A stretch of 64,000 nt of DNA from Escherichia coli. GTDB lineage: Bacteria; Pseudomonadota; Gammaproteobacteria; Enterobacterales; Enterobacteriaceae. The stretch lies in assembly GCF_002854065.1 (NCBI RefSeq), contig NZ_CP024152.1; one strand, given 5' to 3'. Position 1 is the stretch's first letter. Every line of letters starts with the position of its first letter. This document shows positions 20,801 through 28,437 of the stretch, one piece after another. Below the pieces are notes generated by a model. It searched no databases. It saw only the letters and a list, made by a program, of their open reading frames with translations, and was not told the origin of the DNA. A program made the translations under genes and the position numbers.

Positions 20801-20854
20801 GTTATTGAAGAACTGGCCTCGGAGCTCATCCGAAAACAGGGATACAATCTCTGA
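17810..20854 (+). CDS. traU: TraU, VirB4/DotO-like ATPase (1014 aa from the ATG at 17810)
   Basis: Walker A GDPGLGKS; the ORF track opens at a TTG at 17717, but the ATG at 17810 gives 1014 aa, the size I recall for R64 TraU. Confidence 0.75.
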   Translation: MNINRLIFTIEDCLNTLSRFSVASSFVEYCDLRTVIGLDRQDRERRPWLNSPYIAATKRGEYLSVFEVSGAFREMDEASDQTGPGSLESLITSMSDSLNTAYKNSGHKISFVFERDPDMGKEEIEDMVAPQKRSLANTGIQLQDVVDEKVTTLSPWLVRERCWLAIWSGPDLISNSDRTAHDELVRRLAERVPKARFAQSPWQWALSALKIRHEAFLDNVEQALRHSSDGLILRLLDIHEVGREIRRQTERHSTPRNWQPHLPEDAQPAGYRWTDDESVLHAPSLHLQLFNTQVTTQGNLVQAGGLWHGMVSITLPPQNLQTFNELVRAVPRAVPWRIRMDLMPGGMKALNLKKTLLTYSSFISAVRPMYESVMTLAATDEKEPVCIMTIMASTWGKTREICTRNQAILKSAIEGWGVCGTTTTFGDPRRAWVNTILAASGGSGPVPLYPPLSHAISLFPLNRAGSVWRGKGNLMLHTEDGSAFEVGLASSQQNKHTELAPGDPGLGKSVLINTLSEIQISSAQKNLPFIAYIDKGYSAQGLVQLIRDSLPPERKDEAVGIILSNDPEYTRNLFDVMYGAKKPITPEKNFMSSVLCALCVDTGTGQPCNPGDTRQIINQLIELAFKEYGENNPRLYRASTEELVDSALQDSGLYEKHDAAWWARSTWFEVRDMLHNAGYIMAAQRAHYQAMPQLPEVSSMLGHTSLRDVFGTVQRDGSNELLLDYIRRALEQGHNDYPMISGYTRFMINPETRVIAVDLNNVAGDKTPAGRLKTGIMYLLAGQIAGGDFTLPQYRDEVLKQLPREYHEIALKRINQLDQEVKTKVYDELHNARGIDFIWENLDTQEREQRKFAIRTVLSTQYLRDYPESVLKSANTLWLLRYKPEDIPVLRDNFNVPEFMLKRFLKMPEGPAPDGSGVPVLGVFRVKSGTLARILKFTVGPLELWALNSSPKDSALRKTLTNKLGSVRARKILAENFPRGSATSLIEHRAGQHNSDNVIEELASELIRKQGYNL

Positions 20855-21468
20855 TGTGTACAATTCATATCACCCCACGCTGCCGGAGACCTGCCAGAGG
20901 GCAGGTATTTCTTAAAAAACTTGAGGTAAAAGGTGACAGTTTCTCATTCACTCTGCCGTCACGTGTCTTCAGGTTACATCCGGCCCCCAATCCCAGAGTG
21001 ATATACGCCTCGGATGCCAGAACACAGGGAAAGGTTACAGGCATGCGGCTGTTGTTGCCGTCCAGCACAGATGAGCTGATAACAACGGCAATATGGCAGG
21101 TTTCTGTCCCGGATGAAGCACCATTCGACGTTCAGCATGTCATCCAGTGGATACTCCCTTCACCGCTGGCTTCGCTGATGTCCGATGATACCTGGTTATG
21201 GCCATCCGTTCCCGGAACGCCGGCACTGAGTGCCGGTGACTGGCCTGTAATGGATACTGACCCTTCCACCTTACGGCGCGTCAGACGTCGTTCTTTCAGC
21301 ATCATCGATAACCGGAACAGGAAAGGTTATATCACCAGGCGATATCAGTGTTTCCCACTGGCCCCACTACCTGAAGACAGAAAATACGACAGCCTTCCTG
21401 ACCTTGTGCTCCACCCCGAGCAGGAGACAATAAAATGCAAAGAAAAACATTACTCGCAGCCCTTATAG
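20854..21468 (+). CDS. traV: TraV (204 aa)
   Basis: ORF coupled to the traU stop; order matches R64. Confidence 0.5.
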   Translation: MCTIHITPRCRRPARGQVFLKKLEVKGDSFSFTLPSRVFRLHPAPNPRVIYASDARTQGKVTGMRLLLPSSTDELITTAIWQVSVPDEAPFDVQHVIQWILPSPLASLMSDDTWLWPSVPGTPALSAGDWPVMDTDPSTLRRVRRRSFSIIDNRNRKGYITRRYQCFPLAPLPEDRKYDSLPDLVLHPEQETIKCKEKHYSQPL

Positions 21469-22637
21469 CTATCCTGAATGGAACGGCATACCAGGCTCAT
21501 GCTTATTCAGTCACCGTCGTCGCCAGCCGTCCCGTTGAACAGCAGGTCGTCCCCAGAATGGAGGCCATCAAAGGTGTGCTGAGTGACATACTGAGTACCC
21601 AGACAGCCACGGGTACCGCTATCAATCAGAACTCTGAAAAGCTGGCAAGTGTCATTGCCCAGAACGGACAGGCGACACGTCAGCAGATGATTTTCAGTAA
21701 TGAAACTCAGCGCCTCGAGGAGGCACGGAAAAGCTTCACCGTGCCAGACTCCATCTGCAGTGAATCCGCATCAGGGATTGCAACAGAAAGCAAAAGTGCC
21801 TCAGCATCCGCAGCCTCAAAACTCAGTAAAGGTGGCGGTGTGAGCAACCGTAGCATCCGCGACCGTCTGGCCAGCGCAGCAAACTCTCCCGTGCGGGAAG
21901 CTTATGATGGCGCGGCCATACACGCCAGTTACTGTACAGAAGCAGAATATGCACGTTTTGGAGGAACCGCCGTTTGTCCTTCTGTGGGCGAAATACCAGG
22001 TGGAGACAGTCAGGTACGCTCGATTTACCACGGCGCAGGTACAGCGGACACACCTGCGGCACTGACATGGGATCAGAAGCAAATAGATGCAGCGACGGCT
22101 TACATGAAAAACACTTCCCGCCCCTCTGCCGGTCGTGCTCTGGGTAAAGGAGAAGTGAATACCCAGAGTGGGCGAACCTACGTCGGACTCCAGAACGAAT
22201 ACAACGGCATCATTGATTCTGCGTCGAATCCCCAACTGACGTTGATTGCTGACAGCACGCCTAATGAAAGCACACGTAAAGCACTGGCTGAAACACTGCA
22301 GTCAGACTCAGCGGCCGCTTACTTCGACCAGGTGGCTTCACCAGAAGCAAAAGCACGGGGATATATGAGTACCCGTGAGTTTGAAGCTTTTGAGGCTGGC
22401 CGGCGCTACGCCAACACAGCATACCTGGTGGATTTACAGGAAATGCAGGGGGATAACCTGCTCCGTGAACTGGTAAGAATCACTGCGCAAATGAACTGGC
22501 AGCTGAACGATCTGAAAGAACAGATCCGCCAGGGTAATGTTATCTCTGGCCAGCAACTGGCTCTGACTGCCCGCCAGTATTATGAAAAACAACTCGGTAG
22601 CCTTGAGAAAACAATCAATCAGGCAAACGCACGTTGA
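21435..22637 (+). CDS. traW: TraW, exported protein (400 aa)
   Basis: Signal peptide MQRKTLLAALIAILNGTAYQAHA. Confidence 0.6.
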   Translation: MQRKTLLAALIAILNGTAYQAHAYSVTVVASRPVEQQVVPRMEAIKGVLSDILSTQTATGTAINQNSEKLASVIAQNGQATRQQMIFSNETQRLEEARKSFTVPDSICSESASGIATESKSASASAASKLSKGGGVSNRSIRDRLASAANSPVREAYDGAAIHASYCTEAEYARFGGTAVCPSVGEIPGGDSQVRSIYHGAGTADTPAALTWDQKQIDAATAYMKNTSRPSAGRALGKGEVNTQSGRTYVGLQNEYNGIIDSASNPQLTLIADSTPNESTRKALAETLQSDSAAAYFDQVASPEAKARGYMSTREFEAFEAGRRYANTAYLVDLQEMQGDNLLRELVRITAQMNWQLNDLKEQIRQGNVISGQQLALTARQYYEKQLGSLEKTINQANAR

Positions 22638-22665
22638 AAGCTGACGTCAGAACAGGACTGAAAAA

Positions 22666-23250
22666 ATGAATAAGTTACCGGAAAATTCAGACCAGACGAA
22701 AAACGTCAAAAAATCACCATCCATAACCCGCATAGCCACCCGGAGGATTATTAACATTTTTGTTCCGCTGATGGAGACTCGCCTGATAACGAATTCTGTA
22801 CAGCATATGCTGGAACAACAAAAACGCAGGCTGGACAGATTTCGTCAGGTAAATAATAAAAAGGCGCAACTCCACCTCACGTGGGAAGAAGCTCTGCAGG
22901 CCAGCCATATGTCAGTAGACGATCTGGATCGTCGTTTCCGCCGGCGCAGAACAGTATGGCGATTCTGTTGCTGGAGTCTGCTGGCCATCGCTTTGTTTCT
23001 CAGTGGTATGCTCTTTGCCGCCTCTTCATTACCTCTTACGACTCTGGTACGCGCCATCAGCACTCTTGTGTTGATACTGTCAGGCGTCGCTCTTTGTGCT
23101 TCCAGAGCACTGATTGTTACATACCGCCTCTGGCAGTTGCATGAACGAAAAGTCAGCGAACCCGAGCAGGGGACTTTCCGTGATTTTCTGAACGACCGCA
23201 ATGGCTGGCGCAATGCCACATTAATTGCCGTAACCAGTAAACAATACTGA
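22666..23250 (+). CDS. traX: TraX membrane protein (194 aa)
   Basis: Two TM helices in the C-terminal half; RBS present. Confidence 0.55.
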   Translation: MNKLPENSDQTKNVKKSPSITRIATRRIINIFVPLMETRLITNSVQHMLEQQKRRLDRFRQVNNKKAQLHLTWEEALQASHMSVDDLDRRFRRRRTVWRFCCWSLLAIALFLSGMLFAASSLPLTTLVRAISTLVLILSGVALCASRALIVTYRLWQLHERKVSEPEQGTFRDFLNDRNGWRNATLIAVTSKQY

Positions 23251-23277
23251 TCACGTCCAGATGCCAGTACCAGTGGC

Positions 23278-25515
23278 ATGTCGCCATCCCCCTTAATTAA
23301 ATCCTGTGTGGCCTTTGCCCATACGCAATTCTATTCCGGAGTTACTGTGAAAATTTTACTTCGCGCACTCTGTGCAGGCCTTGCTATATCCTCACTGCCG
23401 GCAATGGCTTCAGTGACCTATCAGGATATTGTGTCTGCCGCCACCAATCCTGACGATCTGTCCCGCCAGGCGCTGGTCACGATATTCGGTGATGTGGTCA
23501 CCAATCCACTGTCAACCAGCGACCCCACCCTGATCGGAAGCATGTTCTGGGTGTTCAACAATATCATTGCCGTACTTGCTATCGTCTGGTGTATCTTCAT
23601 TAGTATCCGCCATGTTGTGCGTTCGGGGCATCAGGGACAGGTATTCAGCGTCGGGCGCGATATTGTCGGCATACTGAGTTTCGTCGCAGGTTTTCTGATG
23701 ATCGTTCCTACCGGAAATGGCTGGAGTCTCGCTCAGCTCATTATGTTATGGGGCGCATCGATAATGGGGGTTGGGTCCGCCAATGTGATGGTGCAAGTTG
23801 CCGCTGATAATATCGCAAATGGTTATTCAATGACTGTACAGCCAGTTCAGGCATCCACACGAACAGCAGCGCGTGGCATTTTTGAAATGGAACTGTGTAA
23901 GTATGCGGTTAACGCAGGGCTAAATGATTTTAATCAGACGGCCAAATCCTCGACTTCACTGATGACAGAATCAGCTAAAACCGCCAGTGGTAATTACACT
24001 GTCACAGTATCCAATGGCAGCGGTATCTGTGGTACTGCCAGCCTGTCAGTAGAAGGGAACGGAACAACAGATCAGTCGACGATTGGAAAATTCTTTAATC
24101 CCTTCAGTAAAAACGAATACAGCGGTGTTATCTCAGCACAACGTGCAGCCATGGATAATATGATTAGCGACATGGACAACGCTGCCAGTGAGTTTGTGAC
24201 AACATTTCTGGAAAAAAGAAATTCTGGCAACGGAACACTGCCGGATATCGAGACACGAATTCAGAAAGCAGCCGACGAATACGAACGTGCTGTGCAAAAA
24301 TCGCTACCCACTGATAACGGAGAGCAATCCAGAAAAGAGGCTCTTAAATCTTATCTCACAACCTACGGGTGGGTAACGCTTGGCGCGTGGTATCAGACCT
24401 TTGCGACAGCTAACCAACGTCTGGCAGAGCTGGCTGACAGAGCTCCAGCTGTAACCTCAATGTCATCACTGGGAGAAGTTGGTGATACTGACTTATTCAG
24501 TGCAGTCATGAGTGCCTACAAGACTCAATTACAGAACACCACCTATACACCACCTCTGGGCACTGTTACATCAGCCAATGAGCAACGAATGGCCAATGCG
24601 CAAGATCCTAAGTCTGCCTTATCTGAAATGATGAGCTTCTTTGTCTATCGAACCAACTGGATAGCAACAGAGATAAGTGGCACAGGAACAACAAGCGATC
24701 AGGTCAATCCATTGATAAAGATGAAAAATATTGGTGATTATACATTAGGAACAACAGAGATTCTCTGGAGTGGATATACAACAGTTAGAGTTCTCGCGAC
24801 AGTAGGTGATAACTCTATTTTCGGAAAGGTTGCCAATTTATTCTCTGGATTACCTAAAGGATTAGTTGCTCTGCTGGATGCTGCAGCTCCCCCAATATAT
24901 TTCTTGTTGTTCCTGTTGTTTTGTGCGGGTTTTTCCTTATCAATTTACCTACCATTTATACCATTCATTTTCTGGATGACAGGCATTGGGAACTGGATAG
25001 TCAGTGTATTAATAGGATGTACCGCCGGACCTCTGTGGGCTGCAACACATCTCGGAACATCAGAAGACAGAGGAAGTCGGGCAGCCTACGGTTATATATA
25101 CTTAATTGATAGTATGATAAGGCCGCCCATCATGGTCTTTGGTTTTTTCTTTGCTTCTGTTGCCATCATCGCCGTAGGCACAATACTGAATGCATTATTT
25201 GGCGCTGCCCTGGTTAACGTACAGTTCAATTCGCTGACCGGTATTTTCAGTCTTGCTGGTTTCTTGCTGATATACGCCAGAATTTGTACAACCACTGTGG
25301 CTGCCATATTTGCCCTTCAGGCCTACCTACCTGATCATGTTATTAATTTCCTTGGTGGGCGTGAGGGAGCCAACACTCTTGGCAGCATGGCAAATTCTGT
25401 TAAAGAAATATTTATTGGAGGAAGTCGCAATATCCGACATACTCCTGGAATGAAAACAGATCGTCTTAAAAATAATACAAATGGAAGTGACGACAAGGAC
25501 GGAATAAAAGGATAA
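23278..25515 (+). CDS. traY: TraY polytopic inner-membrane protein (DotA-like), 745 aa
   Basis: Large ORF with many TM segments directly upstream of excA; exact start uncertain. Confidence 0.7.
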   Translation: MSPSPLIKSCVAFAHTQFYSGVTVKILLRALCAGLAISSLPAMASVTYQDIVSAATNPDDLSRQALVTIFGDVVTNPLSTSDPTLIGSMFWVFNNIIAVLAIVWCIFISIRHVVRSGHQGQVFSVGRDIVGILSFVAGFLMIVPTGNGWSLAQLIMLWGASIMGVGSANVMVQVAADNIANGYSMTVQPVQASTRTAARGIFEMELCKYAVNAGLNDFNQTAKSSTSLMTESAKTASGNYTVTVSNGSGICGTASLSVEGNGTTDQSTIGKFFNPFSKNEYSGVISAQRAAMDNMISDMDNAASEFVTTFLEKRNSGNGTLPDIETRIQKAADEYERAVQKSLPTDNGEQSRKEALKSYLTTYGWVTLGAWYQTFATANQRLAELADRAPAVTSMSSLGEVGDTDLFSAVMSAYKTQLQNTTYTPPLGTVTSANEQRMANAQDPKSALSEMMSFFVYRTNWIATEISGTGTTSDQVNPLIKMKNIGDYTLGTTEILWSGYTTVRVLATVGDNSIFGKVANLFSGLPKGLVALLDAAAPPIYFLLFLLFCAGFSLSIYLPFIPFIFWMTGIGNWIVSVLIGCTAGPLWAATHLGTSEDRGSRAAYGYIYLIDSMIRPPIMVFGFFFASVAIIAVGTILNALFGAALVNVQFNSLTGIFSLAGFLLIYARICTTTVAAIFALQAYLPDHVINFLGGREGANTLGSMANSVKEIFIGGSRNIRHTPGMKTDRLKNNTNGSDDKDGIKG

Positions 25516-25579
25516 TATAAATATTGCACAACCTCCCCATCGGCATTAAAATAATAGATAGTACGAGGGGAGGCATTGT

Positions 25580-26242
25580 ATGAAAGCTAAAAAAGAGACA
25601 CCTGACAGATTTCCAACTTGGTGGTTGTTATATTATGTATTAAGGAAGGCTTACTTCTTTTTAGGAATACCTTTCTTTTTATTTTGCGCACTGACATCTA
25701 CACTGATGTTATTTAGTTCTCGTTATTATGGTGACAACATTGAAGATTATGTTGTCACTTTTGGTAGTTGGTTCTTATTACTTGCACCAGGTATATGGAT
25801 GTATTCACGTGCAAAAACAAGGAGAGAAAAGATAAGAAAAGTTGTACAAACAATAAAAGAGTCAGGCTTCTACTCTCCAGAGAAGGGGTATGAAGGATTA
25901 TCTTTAACTCAGGGAGCTTATTTTGGTATTGACCTTAAAAATGGCACAATGTTGTATGTCCGTATCTATCCAGGCAACATTATGGATGTTATCGGTTTTG
26001 ACATTCATAATTTCACTCGTACTGTAACAGACGACAAAACACTGGAAATTCATACGAAATACATCAATCTGCCAATGGTTCCTATTCCATCATGGTGTAC
26101 TCATCCAGAAACCGCATCAAACACCATGCACGCTATGGCAAGTCGAGGATATGATTACCCTGTCGACTTTCCTCGTCTGATTCAGGAAAAGCGTAAGGAG
26201 TGGGAGCAGATTGCAGGCGTGCCTGTAGCCGAAGTATTTTAA
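25580..26242 (+). CDS. excA: Entry exclusion protein ExcA (220 aa)
   Basis: 220-aa AT-rich ORF with N-terminal TM segments immediately after traY; RBS GAGGGGAGG. Confidence 0.7.
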   Translation: MKAKKETPDRFPTWWLLYYVLRKAYFFLGIPFFLFCALTSTLMLFSSRYYGDNIEDYVVTFGSWFLLLAPGIWMYSRAKTRREKIRKVVQTIKESGFYSPEKGYEGLSLTQGAYFGIDLKNGTMLYVRIYPGNIMDVIGFDIHNFTRTVTDDKTLEIHTKYINLPMVPIPSWCTHPETASNTMHAMASRGYDYPVDFPRLIQEKRKEWEQIAGVPVAEVF

Positions 26243-26261
26243 GATAAGCTCCCCCCATAAC

Positions 26262-26288
26262 AGCCGGTTCAAATGAGCCGGCTTTTGT
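26262..26288 (+). terminator. Rho-independent terminator after excA
   Basis: Hairpin AGCCGG...CCGGCT followed by TTTT. Confidence 0.5.
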
Positions 26289-26313
26289 TCATTACAACAG
26301 ATAACTTATGCCG

Positions 26314-26523
26314 TTACCGATAAATTCGACCAAGTGCTTTAATCGCAGCAATTTTTATTTCCATATCATCACTTTGACTCAATCTCTCTAATTCACGAAT
26401 GATGTTATCCGCCTGGCATCGACCTTCACCTAATGCATAGATCGCAGCAAGCGTAATGTCTTTTGATTTACTCTTCATCATTTCAAACAAGAAAGTATTA
26501 GCTATCGCAGGAGGCATGCTCAT
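26314..26523 (-). CDS. Small hypothetical protein with HEAT-like repeat signature (about 69 aa)
   Basis: Minus-strand ORF with AGGA RBS; repeated AA(I)xALG motifs; AT-rich context. Possibly a gene remnant. Confidence 0.3.
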   Translation of the reverse strand: MSMPPAIANTFLFEMMKSKSKDITLAAIYALGEGRCQADNIIRELERLSQSDDMEIKIAAIKALGRIYR

Positions 26524-26854
26524 AATCAATCCTCTTCATGAAATAAACAATGGCACTCACTTACAAACAGGAGTCCACTATCGCAAGCGACTCAACTTAG
26601 TAATATCTCTCAATTTGAATGAAAAAACCAGATGGCATGTGACAGGGAACCGTCCGCATGATGTCCGTGACCATTTAACCCCATAAACTGATAAAAAATG
26701 AATACCGGTATCTCAATGCGAAGAAATAATCTCCGTAGAATCCCCCATGAGAAAAATATCATATGGGAGAAAATCGCAATTATCACAGCCAGCGCATTCA
26801 TTATTTTCGCTGTCTTCTGGCATTAATTATTTTCAACACAAAAAGGAAAAAACA

Positions 26855-27031
26855 ATGAATCTGGTAGACGCCTTTGTCAAAAAAGTAATATCCGGTCCAT
26901 ATGAAGAATATGGAAAATGGTGGATAGATGTTGAATACATTTCATGGGGTGTTCCCGGGAAAACAAGACTGATGTTTGAGTCAAAGGAGCAGGCACTGGA
27001 AGTTAAAGAAGGGTACAAATTTTTAACGTGA
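26855..27031 (+). CDS. Hypothetical small protein (58 aa)
   Basis: ATG at 26855 preceded by AAAAGGAAAA; followed by a hairpin at 27047-27077. Confidence 0.35.
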   Translation: MNLVDAFVKKVISGPYEEYGKWWIDVEYISWGVPGKTRLMFESKEQALEVKEGYKFLT

Positions 27032-27095
27032 GATCTCTTTTTGTTAAAGGGCAGGAAGCGGTAACTCCCTGCCCTTAGTTACGTTTCCAGGCTTA

Positions 27096-27203
27096 TCAGT
27101 CGACAAGTTCCCGGATCAGTTCCAGAACAGCAATCAGCGCGTTTGCAACGGCAACTACTGCCCTGAGAACGATGATTAACAGATTAATCATCCGCTTCTC
27201 CAT
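27096..27203 (-). CDS. Candidate type I toxin, DinQ/TisB-like hydrophobic peptide (35 aa, or 31 aa from the ATG at 27191)
   Basis: Manual translation of the minus strand gives MEKRMINLLIIVLRAVVAVANALIAVLELIRELVD; GGAG sits 6 nt before the internal ATG; single predicted TM helix with a charged C-terminus; not in the 60-aa ORF track. Confidence 0.4.
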   Translation of the reverse strand: MEKRMINLLIIVLRAVVAVANALIAVLELIRELVD

Positions 27204-27449
27204 CACTGGAGGAAATCACCGTTGCTTACTCTTACATTGCCTGTCACAACGGCACTTTCAGTGTTAGTTGAAAAGAGACTTCCTCCTGCCAGAGCACTGA
27301 ACACAGCACCACCTGTTTGTTCAGCCAGGACTTAAAATCTTGCATCCATAGTCCCGATGGATATCACGGCAGAAGTGTCGCCAGACAGAGCTAACCTGCG
27401 GATTATAAGGATGGTTGCTATCAAATGAACAGCTCGCTATTATAAGAAC

Positions 27450-27537
27450 GTTAGTTGAAAAGAGATTTCCTCCGGTCAGGGCCACCCACTCTGTAACGGA
27501 ACAGTAAAAAAACCGACCTCACCAGTCGGTTTTTTTA
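27450..27537 (+). ncRNA. Candidate antisense sRNA (putative antitoxin) for the 27096-27203 peptide gene
   Basis: Sigma70-like -35 TTGCTA (27415-27420) and -10 TATTAT (27438-27443); intrinsic terminator hairpin plus T7 at 27511-27536. The transcript carries GTTAGTTGAAAAGAGATTTCCTCC, a near-exact copy of 27262-27285, so it would be complementary to the opposite-strand mRNA leader. Confidence 0.3.
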
Positions 27538-27689
27538 CATCTGTTGTTTCTCAAAATCCGCCCAACATGCCCGTCACACCGGGGAAACTCATGCTCTGAA
27601 TCAGAACCAACCATCTCAACTTTGCCGTCTCCTGAAAAAACTGGCACATTCAGTTCGATAACTACCCATAAATACAGAGAGAAAATCCG

Positions 27690-27941
27690 ATGTCAGAAAA
27701 GTGGAGTAAAGAATTCGACTCTTGCTTTCAGGTGGGGAGCATAGAAGAAATTGCAGATGCTCTCGAGAAACGCAGCGGAAGCGAGGAAAATGCGTTAGCC
27801 ATGCTGGCAATGACAGCCTTCACACTCATGACCCGACGTGGTATCTGCGAAATGCAGAACGTGGCCCCCGATGGCAAAGGCATTCGGCTGGAGCTAATCG
27901 GCTTCAGGGAAAATGAAACAATACCGGATACGCTTCATTGA
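27690..27941 (+). CDS. Hypothetical protein (83 aa)
   Basis: ORF with a weak RBS; ends just before the bidirectional terminator at 27981-28003. Confidence 0.35.
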   Translation: MSEKWSKEFDSCFQVGSIEEIADALEKRSGSEENALAMLAMTAFTLMTRRGICEMQNVAPDGKGIRLELIGFRENETIPDTLH

Positions 27942-27980
27942 AGAAGAAAGGGCGCAATGAGGTCAGCCTTCGCAACAAAG

Positions 27981-28003
27981 CGGCGGCAGAAAACCTGCCG
28001 CCG
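27981..28003. terminator. Bidirectional hairpin terminator shared by pndA and the 27690-27941 gene
   Basis: CGGCGGCAG-AAAAC-CTGCCGCCG perfect stem with T-rich flanks on both strands. Confidence 0.55.
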
Positions 28004-28012
28004 TGTTGCCCG

Positions 28013-28165
28013 TTAACGTTTAACTTCGTAGGCTAACGTTGCCACAAGCACTGTGTTTCCCTGCTGGAGCCGGAGTCCGCAAAGCGAATCCCTCACCATC
28101 CAGACAAAACACAGAATCGTCACACAGATGACGATTAACATCATTAAAAACGTTCGCTGTGGCAT
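28013..28165 (-). CDS. pndA: PndA, Hok-family type I toxin (50 aa)
   Basis: Manual translation: MPQRTFLMMLIVICVTILCFVWMVRDSLCGLRLQQGNTVLVATLAYEVKR, with the Hok-family pattern of a TM helix followed by SLC and AYE. Below the ORF-track size cutoff. Confidence 0.8.
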   Translation of the reverse strand: MPQRTFLMMLIVICVTILCFVWMVRDSLCGLRLQQGNTVLVATLAYEVKR

Positions 28166-28223
28166 CATAGCCCCTCCATTGCCTTACGGCGGTTATCGGG
28201 CTACTATAATGTTGTCTAGGCAT
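28020..28223 (-). CDS. pndC: PndC, Mok-like overlapping reading frame enabling pndA translation
   Basis: Overlapping frame (ORF 28020-28358) with an ATG at 28223; hok/mok/sok architecture. Confidence 0.5.
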   Translation of the reverse strand: MPRQHYSSPITAVRQWRGYDATANVFNDVNRHLCDDSVFCLDGEGFALRTPAPAGKHSACGNVSLRS

Positions 28224-28280
28224 TACAGTAGAGCCCTTGGTTGATTGATAAAAAAATCTCCAGGGGCTTTCTGCTGTATA
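28217..28280 (+). ncRNA. pndB: PndB, Sok-like antisense RNA (approximate)
   Basis: Plus-strand -10 TATAAT at 28205-28210; the transcript would be antisense to the pndC start region; imperfect hairpin plus U-rich tail near 28230-28280. Confidence 0.4.
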
Positions 28281-28437
28281 TGGTTTAGTTAACAAAGAGA
28301 GCCAGTGTTCCACTGAGCAAAACCAGTAGCTATTCATGCTTACAATTATCTTCTCCATATCTGAAATAACTCAAACAGCCCAATAGAAACATATTGTTAC
28401 ATCTAAGATCTTGAAAAGACCTCTTTGAGAAATCAAT

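Noticed and set aside
27221-27334. Plus-strand TTG-initiated 37-codon ORF after GGAGGA in the TA-candidate leader
   Set aside because: The encoded peptide is Pro/Ala-rich and non-hydrophobic; the GGAGGA is more plausibly part of the repeat element involved in RNA pairing.
27628-27645. Sigma54-like TGGCAC-N5-GTTCG element upstream of ORF 27690-27941
   Set aside because: The -12 element does not match the TTGC consensus and no enhancer-binding protein gene is nearby.
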